A stretch of DNA of 64,000 bases from contig JBDOQK010000024.1 of assembly GCA_040437565.1 (NCBI GenBank), forward strand, positions 186,001 to 250,000, given 5' to 3'. This document shows, in pieces, positions 49,114-60,845 of the stretch (positions are counted from its first letter, which is position 1; every line of letters starts with the position of its first letter). The DNA comes from Albugo candida (Eukaryota). The notes beneath the pieces are model-generated. The model worked only from the letters and a program-made list of their open reading frames with translations. It made no database searches and was not told where the DNA came from. The translations under genes and the position numbers were made by a program.

Positions 49114-52100
49114 NNNNNNNNNNNNNNNNNNNNNNNNNNNNNNNNNNNNNNNNNNNNNNNNNNNNNNNNNNNNNNNNNNNNNNNNNNNNNNNNNNNNNNN
49201 NNNNNNNNNNNNNGCGGAAGACCCAGCATTATTATTGGCAAGAGTGACGAGATCAAAAGCTACCGATTCTACATTCCACAAGAAAAGGTTGTCGTTTGAC
49301 CCATCACGTGAAGAACGTTGAAACCTTGCCAGAGGAGAAAAACGAGCAATTGCGGCATCTGCATCTCACGGACGAGAAGGATGAAGAACAGGGAGGCAAC
49401 GTGCAAGACAAGCGGCCAAAAAAGTCTTCTGAAATGATGTCAAATGGGGGCGTGCGATAAAAGGCCTGGAGACGTGAGCGTCACCGCACAAGATCGGTGG
49501 CTATCGAAGGTGCCGACTCGGAGGAGAAGAAACAGAGCCAGAATGTCCAGGTGGGTTGCAGCGTGAACAGCATCCACGACTCAGACCCCAAGAACTACGG
49601 GAGGCAATGCGAAGCCAATTGAGAGACAAGTGGCAGGTGGCGGAATCTGAAAAAATACAAATACAGGCCGTCGAGGAAAATAATGTGTGGTTAGGCTGTG
49701 GCACCACCCAACCAGAGTCACATTCTTCATACGATGTGGGTTTTCAAGACTAAGACAAACGCGGATGGAGCGATAGAACGTTTCAAGGCTCGTTTAATTC
49801 CTTGCGGCAGTGAGCAGATCTTTAGTGTCGACTAAGGGCTGACCTTCGCGGCCGTGATGGAGCTGAGTACGGTTAAGTTGATTTTGGTTTTCGCGCTGCG
49901 TTGGGGGGGGAGTACTGGTCAGACATAGTGGTATCCTCAACGCGTATGTCAAAGTAGAAAAAGAACAATACTTGGATATTAATCTGGAAGCTCCCGAAGG
50001 TATGGAGATATCGGAAGAAGAGCTCGGCAAGTTTGGAGTGGACACAAAGAGTAAGCTGGCCTTTCAGTTGAAGAAGTCACTTACCGGCCTGAAGCAATCT
50101 GGGCGTCTATGAAGCGAATTGCTATATTAGTTCACGACTTCTCCACCGGGGAGTCCGAGTGCTGTCTACTCTTTTCAACTTTCTATTGTTTGACGTGGTG
50201 AATGTGAATGTGATTATTCTTAGATTGTGATTGTCAATGTAATTGTGAATGTCATAATGGATCTTATAAACATGCATAGATGTTTGATGTTTGATTGTTG
50301 TGGAGCAGCATGCGTTGTGCAATCTATTGTGTTACGCGCATTCACTTTCGTAGACGGCCATATTAGGCTGAAAGCACCGTATAGCAATACCACGGAAGAC
50401 CAAATGGTGTTTTCAAAGGGCCAGCGGGGAACGCAGAACGAGCCATTAATGCGTGACTTTTAGTCGCTAGTGAGAATTCTGCTGTGGTTTGCTCCATGCA
50501 CCCGGCCCGATGTGAGCTTCGCAGTAACAATGCAACGCGGCATACGCACAATCCCACCGTCAGAGACTGGAAGCTGGTCAAAGGGGTCGCGCGATACCTG
50601 AATGAAACAAAGCAGCTCAAGTTGGAAATGAGGATCAGTTCGAATGGAGACAAGTTATCGACGGTGAGTTGGAGCGACTCCGACTTCGCCGCTGACGAGG
50701 CAGACAGGACGTCTTTACTGGCGGAGCGATCACGCTGGACGGTGCACCCATCCAGTGTATCTGCAAAAAGGAGAAGGGCGTGTCGTTTTCTACCATGGAG
50801 TCTGAATTTAGTTCGGTCTAGCATGTAGGGCGTGAACTCTTCGGGATACGCGATCTGCATCCGGCAGCTTGGTCTAGCAGCTCGAGATACTATAGTAGCG
50901 GTCACGATTACTCGACAAGCCGTTTACGTTGCTTAATTTTTTCCACGACAGATATGTGATGATTCCAGTTTTTCCAGAAGATGTAGTATCACCACAACAC
51001 TCAGAAGTCTCCTCAATGTAGCTTCGATGTAATAGCTTTCTGCATGTAGTAATTGCTGATCCTAATGAGGTCAGCAATACATTGATAGTAAGGGATGGCC
51101 AATGCTATCAAATTATGTGAAAGCTACAATCAGCAATTAAAAAAAAGCGACGTTTTGAGCGTGAAAAGTACAGTCAACGAATGTTTTCGAGCACTATTAT
51201 CGTGATGGTCTTGCGTAGTGCGATGAAGGAGCTTTATCTTCACGTGTGGTATATCCACGTGGCTTGATGGCAATAAAGACGACAGATTTGTTACCGTTCA
51301 TGATGCTGCCATTTGTAGCGCTCCTATTCTTCCTGGTTTGCATGCGAAAAATTCAAATTGATATCTCAGCTCGTTATACGACCATCGCTTCTTATAATGC
51401 TAATGTTTATTGTGTTGATTACCCACATGCGTGCAATCCGGTTGGAGAATCTACCAATCGATCTTCCACAAAATTTGTCGAAATAACCAAGTGACGTCGG
51501 TCACAGGATGCAGATGATATGGAGGCTCAGACTCTATTTGAGCTGTATGGTCGATTTATCGCTGGGGATCACTATTTTGATACGAAATGACGACTCACAC
51601 GTGCATTCACATATCGTAATGCTGGTGATCGTGAGCTCCATCGATACATTTATCGTCTCTTATAAAACGAGTGCACCTCATCGCTAAGTATCATGGAATC
51701 GGTTCGACAATTTACTCGTGAAACAGAACCGTTGGTGCCGGCTCGTAATCATCATTTTTCATGTGTAGCTTCTATAACTGTACTTTATACTCGACGCGAA
51801 CATTGCCCGTTGTTCGGTTTTCGGTTCTTATTCACGGCTTCTTGACGCCCTGAAGGTTTTGTAGATTGATACGCTTTGGTGAATTTGGATCGTAGTGTTT
51901 TCCTAACGCGTGGTGCATTCATAAAGTAATATTGGGCGTCATGAACGTTGACTTCCATTGAAATTGGCTAAGAGCTGAAAATTGTCAGGTACGTCTTTTT
52001 GTGAGAGGCTTCATGTGAATCAACTGGAATCATTTTGTTGGTCAACCATCTCAACTTACTCGTTTCCATAATTGGAGATTCGTTTTTTTTATAGTCTGAC

Positions 52101-54668
52101 CAAACGTTGGCTATTTGAGTCTATTGGGGGACGTAAGTGTCCATCAATGCCCAGGTAAACTCTCCGCAAGAAACGCTCTAGCTACGCATGGCCGACGGTC
52201 TAACCATCTCCGTCGCTTGGTTTGTAACAGTATTTTGATACTATTGAGTCGCAACTGAGACTTTCGGCGGCATCAGAATGAAAGGGCATTAGCTCTCGAG
52301 CTGCCCAAGTTGTCAGGTATTGGGCTTATGCCACAAATTGAACTTTATGCTTCAGACCCTAGTTATACCGAATCAAACTTGACCGCGCATCCTGCGCACT
52401 GACCTTATCGTTAAAAGAATCGCTATGTCTCTTACGTGAAAATAAATAACATGCTGATGATTACTTGTATATGATAAAGTTTCGATGAGATTGTGTTATT
52501 TGCGAGAGCAGAAAGCATAATCTAAATATCTCGTCTCTATTATGCGCATGACGATAAAGCAAGATTACAAGACTGGAGTAACCACTGGTACTTTCTCTTC
52601 CTTTGATTGAAAAACATGATATACAAGCTTTCCAAAGTACTTGCAGCTCTAACGCTATCCTTCAATAAGGGTTCAAGGGGGCTGGGTAATAGTGGTATGA
52701 TTAAACATATAAAATTGGAAGCACCAGTTAGTAAAATTGGTGAGTGCTCGACAGTGAGGTAATCAAGATTGGAGGAACGTCTCGGATATTGACTGTGCTC
52801 AATTCTACCTCTTATTGCCCAGCCGGGAAGTTCAGCTGCTTCAAGACTACATAACCTTTCCCACAAGTGAGCCCGGCGCAACATGTTTCGTGTTGAGAAT
52901 ATCTAGCAGCTGCATAGTATGCTTGTTACGATGACAGTTCTTTTTCAAGATCTTTACTGGCTTATACGAACAAACTCTCATTGGCGAACGACACACCCTA
53001 CGGTTAATGTTTTCTTTTCATGACGGAACTTTTCACCAGGTCGATACGTTCGGAGTCCGGAATTTATCACACAACATTTGTCTGCGGTTGACTCAGGAGT
53101 ATATTTTCCTTTATGTCTTGCCATCAGGGTTTAGATCAAATGGTATGATAAAAGTCCAGCAGGTCTTGTATGATTCAGATCCATTTATCACCGTCAAAGG
53201 TTATAACAGTTTCATCCGCAGTATATGAAGTTTTCAAAAGACTTTCGAATAATAAATCTTCTTCAGATGCTGCTTATCGGCTTCGAATTCGATTAGAACT
53301 AGTGCAGCTTCGCAAAATCAATTCATTCTAGCTCCGAGGCAGATTTCTAAGCCACCTACGGCTTTGGAATGCTGGTATGATAGTAGGCAATCGAGACAGC
53401 AAACAAAACTTCCTCCTCAATTAAATGCAAGCAAGCAAGAAACGTTATTCTATTTGTGAGTGGAAGCGGGGTTTAATGTAACGGTAAATCTAAGTGTAGC
53501 GGTCACAATTAGTGGTGATTGATCGTGTGCTGCTACTAGCTCAAACACGACAAGTGCGTACATATTCGAGTTAGATGCAATCTTTTGTGCTTTGAGTCGA
53601 TAATTTAAGAATATTAGGTCTTGCTTTAAACATTCGTTCACTTCAGCCGCAATATTGTGCCTTACCTATAAATTTGTCAAGTTGCAACGGTCGGAATCAT
53701 GGAAGACGTTCGTTCTGCATATTTTCCAACTACCGAAGTGCGCCCATGCTGGAGCAAACAACGTGCTTCACAGCGCCCATACATATGCTTTACTTCGAGG
53801 CAACTTACAGTGGATCAATTCTGTTTCATCCTATTAATCAATATCAATTCACCATTATAGACTTTTTCTGTATTTCATGGTTCAGCGAAGACACATCGGC
53901 TACTGTAGCACTTTTCTCCCTCGCTGTCGGAAACTAGATGCTCAAAAAGCGTTGTATGCATATACGATCTAAAAAACATGACTTACATTTGCAGAGGAAT
54001 TAGTTTTAGCAACGATTGTGTTGACCATGAGAACGACAATTTTGAGCTCTAAGGGGAATTGAAAATCGCACTTTTGGGGCGTCTAGTACACAGATCTGAA
54101 TGCACTGGCAGTGAATATTGTGGTCGTCTGGTTTGCGGGAGTGCTCCTTTGCAGTTTTTAGCTAAGTCTTCTTCATGTGATGAAAGCGAAGACTATGGAA
54201 AGGATAAATGCTGAACCCCTTTCAAATGCATCTTTTGGGGGTGATGATATCTATCTCAAAACAACTTCGACTGTACTTCCTGCACTTTCTTTCTATAATC
54301 AAAAGCTTGTCTCAAACTTCCTATCCGAAAAGGCCTGAAAGCGTTCTATGACTTCTATGGTCGGCGGTTACGTTCAGTGTGCTTGTGGTAATGTCGATGA
54401 GACTATCCACAAATCATGGAAGGAAGTGCAAATGATCCTGGTCTAGTTGCCCAAATGTGAAAGATATACTTCCTCACGTAGTATGCCATATGCAACGCGC
54501 TACCCCGATTGCTTCTGCGACACTCCTTTATCAGTCGCAGAGTATATACAATATACCCAAGCGAGGAAATATAGGCAGATCAGACCCAGCTTAAGTATTC
54601 GAGGGCTTTTTGTTGTAATGGATAATCAATCGCTTTATTGCAACCATCTATTCTGAAACTTTGCTTTC

Positions 54669-56394
54669 TCACCGGCATAGTGGCAGTAAAAGCTGCCCGC
54701 AGGTGCATTCCGACTTTACATCAATCCATCCGCTACTCCTGATTACAGATGTTGCTACAATTATTTTCATTTGCCTGTGGCAAAGGCAATGCAGCATCTG
54801 GTTCTTTATCGGTCCTTCTTTGATAAAAGTATGATCAGGGGACTAGACGTGTGGCTGCGAGTACATTTACCTTGCCACACCGTGAATGAATAGTTTAGAA
54901 CTGAAACCGAACAACCGGTGCTGGGCAGGCGCATTGGAACGACCAAAACGATAAATTTGTATGTGTCCTATCTGGCTATCACGCTGTCAGCGTATCGACA
55001 TTCACAAACGTTTTCTTTGCAAAGCTGGTCGTAATCAACACATTCAAAATTATTGAGATTATCCAACTCGTTTGAATGCTTCATTACCGTTGTCAAAATC
55101 GATGATGATTCTGATTGATGTAGATGACGACCGACATCTTTGTGTAGCCACGGATCATGCTATCGTAGGTTGATTTTAGCTATCTGTTTCTATGTATCCT
55201 AAACTAGATGGATGTGTGCAAGGTCAGTTTAGAGCCGAGATTTTCCCGTAATTGGGCATCACAACTGCGTAAAGCATTAGAACGTTTCATTGATACGGTT
55301 GCCCACAAATTTATTTCCGTTCGAATCGCGGATATTGCAATGTTATCGGGTAATGGATTTGTAACATGGTAGCGTAGGTCAGTTGAGCTTGCGAAGTGCC
55401 TAGAATTTTATCCTAGCTAGATTTTGATTGCTTGTGACGCGTGACCGCTGAGTTAGACAAAAATCTATTACGGAACTTCATNNNNNNNNNNNNNNNNNNN
55501 NNNNNNNNNNNNNNNNNNNNNNNNNNNNNNNNNNNNNNNNNNNNNNNNNNNNNNNNNNNNNNNNNNNNNNNNNNNNNNNNNTCACCGGCATAGTGGCAGT
55601 AAAAGCTGCCCGCAGGTGCATTCCGACTTTACATCAATCCATCCGCTACTCCTGATTACAGATGTTGCTACAATTATTTTCATTTGCCTGTGGCAAAGGC
55701 AATGCAGCATCTGGTTCTTTATCGGTCCTTCTTTGATAAAAGTATGATCAGGGGACTAGACGTGTGGCTGCGAGTACATTTACCTTGCCACACCGTGAAT
55801 GAATAGTTTAGAACTGAAACCGAACAACCGGTGCTGGGCAGGCGCATTGGAACGACCAAAACGATAAATTTGTATGTGTCCTATCTGGCTATCACGCTGT
55901 CAGCGTATCGACATTCACAAACGTTTTCTTTGCAAAGCTGGTCGTAATCAACACATTCAAAATTATTGAGATTATCCAACTCGTTTGAATGCTTCATTAC
56001 CGTTGTCAAAATCGATGATGATTCTGATTGATGTAGATGACGACCGACATCTTTGTGTAGCCACGGATCATGCTATCGTAGGTTGATTTTAGCTATCTGT
56101 TTCTATGTATCCTAAACTAGATGGATGTGTGCAAGGTCAGTTTAGAGCCGAGATTTTCCCGTAATTGGGCATCACAACTGCGTAAAGCATTAGAACGTTT
56201 CATTGATACGGTTGCCCACAAATTTATTTCCGTTCGAATCGCGGATATTGCAATGTTATCGGGTAATGGATTTGTAACATGGTAGCGTAGGTCAGTTGAG
56301 CTTGCGAAGTGCCTAGAATTTTATCCTAGCTAGATTTTGATTGCTTGTGACGCGTGACCGCTGAGTTAGACAAAAATCTATTACGGAACTTCAT
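54669..56394. repeat. Identical overlap across a 100-N gap (54669-55481 = 55582-56394); assembly artefact
   Basis: Exact duplication either side of the gap. Confidence 0.9.
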
Positions 56395-56849
56395 GGCTTC
56401 CCAATTTTCATGCTTTTTTCGACCACCATGCGGTAGCGGTTGTTGCTGGCTTTAGGAGTGAGGATACATCATCGGAACGTGCACATGTGTTTCTATCCAT
56501 CTTACGACGACCTTATCGCAATCTGGGCTTGACGTCATTGTGCTTACTCAGAAACACGGACTTCACTTCTTGCGTTACGTCCGCCAGAATACTCAATCCT
56601 CGCCATCGCTTGATTTGTGTCAACAAGCTAAATTGTCTACGCAGCAAAAACTTACAATTCAGGTTTATCGACATTGGAAAGAACGCAGGTTATAGCTGTC
56701 GAATGTGTAAAACCTCATATTTTGAGCGTTAATCACGAGTTGACGCTTAGAAGAACACAGTAACAGCTTTTTTTAATCAATTTTGCGACGGATACTGTGC
56801 ACTGATTCTACCCAATAATTGATCGTGAGGATTCTCCTTTACTTTATTG

Positions 56850-57898
56850 ACTTCAACGAAATGATAATTGATCTCTCCGCCCGTATCCCCCATTATAATA
56901 GAGTGAGCTCTTAGAAATGTAGTACCCATCAATCATGTTGTATCTTCGAATCATTCTTCAATGTGAGGTGTACACATGGGTCCTTCTTCTATGATGTAAA
57001 ATAGGCTTTGAGGTCGATGAAGTCACCATTCGATAAGGTTATTTCTATTTCCAGCCCATGTTTCTTTCTTGACGATATGGTTGCTATGGAAGAGACATCG
57101 TCGCAACGCCCTCGCAATCGACTTTCATTACTCTCAATTTTCATTTCACGGAACTTCTTTGCTAAAAGTTTTTTTTCATGCTTCCATGTTCAAAATGTGC
57201 GATTCAGATGGCTTCTTCTACACCAGCCCCAGTTCGTGTTTTCTGTCTTGTAACCGTCCGCTCGAATAAAGTCATATCTGCTATAAGATGCCCTTCGATC
57301 AAATGTACTCCTTTATCGCGTGGAACTCTATGAGGTCCGTAAAACTCCTATAACCTTCAGCCTAAGTACATGCGAGAGAGTAAGCTTGAGTGCTCACGCA
57401 CAAACCTTCTCATTAGTCTATAGCAATTCATTTCGAATTCAGTCTTTCGGAGACATCCCATTCAATTTCCAGACGATCGTGTATACATTACCATTCACCG
57501 TTTGCTTTACATGAATTGCCGGCTTCCACTGACCATCTCTATTTATTGAATCTTGTTCCAGAATTCCATCGGACGTAGCTCAGCTTTGTAAAAGAGGTAC
57601 TGACAAGTAATTTCCGGATTCTTTTCGCATACTTGAGCTACTAGTGTGACTTATCAACTCCATTGGTTTCCACCGTAAATGACCCATAAATAAGGTACAT
57701 CAATGCCATACATCCTTCAAGCACTGTTTGAAGATATCCATCCCTAGTTTCAGTATGGTCGACCGACAAGGCTCAAAGTATACATAACGCCCGCTTGAAT
57801 TGAACCAGGAAAAAGCCTGCCACTCGATAAACTCGATTCAGTGCGACATGAACGATCAAGCCTTCCGTAAACCGGTAGTGTGCGAAAGATACTTCATG
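56850..57898 (-). pseudogene. Secreted pepsin-fold-like family member, pseudogene (paralog of 5349-6463)
   Basis: High nucleotide similarity to 5350-6460. Signal region partly deleted. C-terminal EGPMCT..LMGTTFLRAHSIIMGDT. Confidence 0.72.
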
Positions 57899-57934
57899 GA
57901 GCTTGACCTTTGAATCAGCCATTGAAGTGAGCTA

Positions 57935-59890
57935 TAGCCAGCACAAAAAAATGGGAGAATTTGTCTCGACTTGCCAGCTCTGATGATAAAAAATACGTAC
58001 TTTATAAATATGGAAGCGAATTTGTCAGGCCTGACGTGAGACAAACAGACAGCAGCACGACAAGATGGGTTGCCGAAGAAAGTTTTGAAGAATTCGTACT
58101 TTAGGCATAGTATAAAAATAGCAGCGTTACTAAGTTTTGATCAAGGTTTGACCTAACACATGCTGTCGTAAATATGGAAGCGAATTTGTCAGAGTTGACG
58201 TGAGACAAATAGCAGGACGACAAGATGGGTTGCCGGAGAAAGTTTTGAAGAATTCGTACTTTATGCATGGTATAAAAATAGCAGCGTTACTAAGTTTTGA
58301 TCAAGACTTGACCTAACACATGCTCTATCGTACCTATAGATATGCTTAGCATCGTGAAGCTGTGAATTAGCAAAGAAGTAAATTTCCTTTCATAAATTGG
58401 GTACCTCTAAGCGTACTTCCTACAAGCACGATAGCGCATCTAAAATCACATTCACGTTGTTCGCATACAAAAAGGTGTCCGTTACTGTAGTTTTACTTGT
58501 TAGTGCGACGTATAGAAACCGAGATCCAAACTTAGACATCTAATTTAATTCCTCTTCGAACTAAGAGGCAGAAGGTTGGTAACATCTTTCTTCCTAAGTC
58601 ACGGAATGTTTTCTATGCCGCTTTTCTTGACGCTACTATTAGATCAGGTTTAGCAATTTACAAGAGCAAGAACAGTATAGCCTGCGCCATTCGCAGGATT
58701 ATTGAAAAGTTGACATCTCGGTCATGTTCTTTTATCTTGACCGTCCCTCTATCGCTGCGCCTCTTTTTATTCCCAACTTTGTGTCACACATTTGTACACA
58801 TCTATTACTTGCAAGCATGTTCCACATGCTTAAGGCTCGCGTCTAGCACCTCCGTTAGACTTCCTATATTGCTATATCAACAGGCTGTCTAGCAAACACA
58901 AAGCGTTTTCATTAGCTTTCACCAGGGTAAAGGTAGGTTCTCCTCTACATATGCACTATGCAGAGAGCTACAGCTCCTGCCATAGATCCTATAACAAACA
59001 TGTAGTACGTTGAGTCCTCATCAACGAGTATACGTATTGCAGGTGAGAAATTGAGTTTGGACTATTGCTACTCACCTTGGTTACTCGACAGAATAGCAGA
59101 AAGCGCGAGCAATGATATGGCGCTTGCTAAAAAAAATCTGCATCGTCTGCTACTCAATCAGAAGAAAAACATGCGTGTCTGCCTGCACACTGAGTTACTT
59201 ATATATCGACGGGATGGCACTTCTTTGTTAGACACACTACGTTAACTAATCAGGATCGGAGGCCCAACAGAGTAACTGACGCGAGCGCTCAGCGTCTGGA
59301 AGATGCTTAGAACCAAGATGTTCAACACAGAAGTAGCTGATGATACGAGGCACAGCGAAAGAGGACGCATTTGATGAAAATAAGATCATGATCAGGGCGT
59401 TGAATTTCTCAATTATTATCGGGGGGAGGTAAGGACACTGGCGAAGTGCAAGAGAAGCTGAGTGAAAGATGGCAGAGATGTTCACGTGAACGATCGAAAT
59501 CAAGTAGTCATTTCACGGTTCAGCAGTTTCGATACCAAGAAGAACAGGAAAAGGATGGGTGCGGCTCGAAGAGAAATTGAGTTACATGCCAAGATTGGAT
59601 CTCGGTTTATATATGTCGCTCGTAGAGTACGCTTAGAGGTACTCAATGTATGAAAGTAAATTTGCTACTTTGCCAACTTCCAGGTTAACGATGCAAAGCA
59701 TATCTGTAGTTACGACAGAGCATGTTGTCAGGTCAAACCCTTATCAAAACTTACCATTCTATACTATGCATAAAGTACGACTTTTTCGAAACTTTCTCCG
59801 GCAACGCATCCTCACAAAGTGCGCATTCTATATTATCAAACTTGGCAAGTCGAGAAAAAATTCTTCCATTTTTGCTAGCTGCAGTATACC
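57935..59890. promoter_or_regulatory. Imperfect inverted repeat between divergent paralogs (copy B), with ~160 bp tandem duplication in the left arm
   Basis: 58005-58165 is repeated at 58168-58325. Reverse-complement similarity to 59520-59890 (ATGCATAAAGTACGA, AAACTTTCTCCGGCAAC). A regulatory role is inferred. Confidence 0.7.
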
Positions 59891-59954
59891 CCAATGTCCC
59901 AATCGACCAGGAATTACCCTCTCATTATTCAACTTACGACTCGGGAGACAAAGG

Positions 59955-60845
59955 ATGAAAGCTTTTTCTCTAAGAACGTACGTTAGTTTTGGGATCGGAG
60001 CATTTTTCGCGCATCATAAGTTTGTGGTGGTTACAGGAGGCTTGTACGTTGAAGTTGTTACAAGCTCTGGATCGGCTTGTACGAGCAGTTTTTTTCCTGA
60101 CGAGATGTACACTGTGAGGCTACAAAGTACCGACTTGGACGGGGTGTTGGGTAAGCTGCAATTGGGCTACATCATCGAAAGGTTTCCAAACCCTCGATCA
60201 GAGTTTGTAGACCCTGAACAATCGCCAAAAGGACCCACAGAAAGGTCAGAAAATTCGTTCCGTTCTGCAAAAGAGTTGGGGGTAAAAGTCAAAAATCAAT
60301 GGTGCGCGACTCACTGGGAATTGGACGGAGACGCTTTGAAGAAATGGATCACATATAACATATTAAACAGTGATGGCAAGGAATGGTACATGAGTATTCA
60401 AGCTTATGTAACAGAGAATCCAGGAATATATGCTATCACGCCTGATTCGATGCGTTTGAAAAGTGATGAAGTCTCCTCAGGTAAAAATGTATTCATGCTT
60501 ATGGGGCCCCATAAGGCGGATATCTCTTATCTTGGAAAAGAATACAACGAAGAAAAAGTATCAATAAATCTTGATTATGAAGGTGTCGGAATCCCGCATT
60601 CACATTGCGAATACCTGAAGGAAGCGCTCAGAACACCTCGCGGAGCTGCTTCTTCCGCCGAAAAAAACGTTTTTATGATAATAACATTTCAGGGTAAAGC
60701 CATCAAATTTTATTTACACAAAATCGATTGCACTTCCTATTCACAAGATGGAGCATGGACAGTGGGTTTTCTCATCCTGCAAACTTATTCCGTCATAATT
60801 GATAGTACGGGTGGAAATACTCGCTTGAGCTTAAAGGAAAAATAA
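59955..60845 (+). CDS. Intact 296-aa putative secreted protein, divergent pepsin-fold-like, catalytic motifs degenerate
   Basis: Open frame. The start is chosen at MKAFSLRTYVSFGIGAFFAHHKFVVVTGG by alignment with the 8797 and 22250 paralogs. Motifs YTVRLQSTDLD, WELDGDALKKWITYNIL, VSINLDYEGVGIP, and DGAWTVGFLILQTYSVIIDSTGGNTRLSL (cf. pepsin WILGDVFLRQYYTVFD..NNRIG). Confidence 0.75.
   Translation: MKAFSLRTYVSFGIGAFFAHHKFVVVTGGLYVEVVTSSGSACTSSFFPDEMYTVRLQSTDLDGVLGKLQLGYIIERFPNPRSEFVDPEQSPKGPTERSENSFRSAKELGVKVKNQWCATHWELDGDALKKWITYNILNSDGKEWYMSIQAYVTENPGIYAITPDSMRLKSDEVSSGKNVFMLMGPHKADISYLGKEYNEEKVSINLDYEGVGIPHSHCEYLKEALRTPRGAASSAEKNVFMIITFQGKAIKFYLHKIDCTSYSQDGAWTVGFLILQTYSVIIDSTGGNTRLSLKEK

Larger units (their letters stand above)
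47018..50900 (+). mobile_element. Degenerate oomycete-type Ty1/Copia retrotransposon
   Basis: PBS-like GGTTATAAGCCCA at 47018. Gag KLYQGLGSSFSSWGKR; protease WALDSGSSRHLVND; RT EAMRS..DKW, NADGAIERFKARL, LKKSLTGLKQSGRL; RNase H region CTRPDVSFAV, KGVARYL, WSDSDFAAD. Interrupted by gaps and inserts. Confidence 0.88.

Noticed and set aside
50363-50905. 180-aa minus-strand ORF
   Set aside because: Antisense to the Copia RT/RNase H region; shadow ORF.
50900-54200. Short ORFs with scattered Cys pairs (e.g. RCEARCLLQHG on the minus strand)
   Set aside because: Too fragmentary to support an effector or other gene call.
59646-59954. N-terminal 103 aa of the 399-aa ORF (and 8617-8796 of the 226-aa ORF)
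   Set aside because: These lie in the shared upstream inverted-repeat module, are not open in the other copies, and precede the conserved signal-peptide Met; likely fortuitous open frame.
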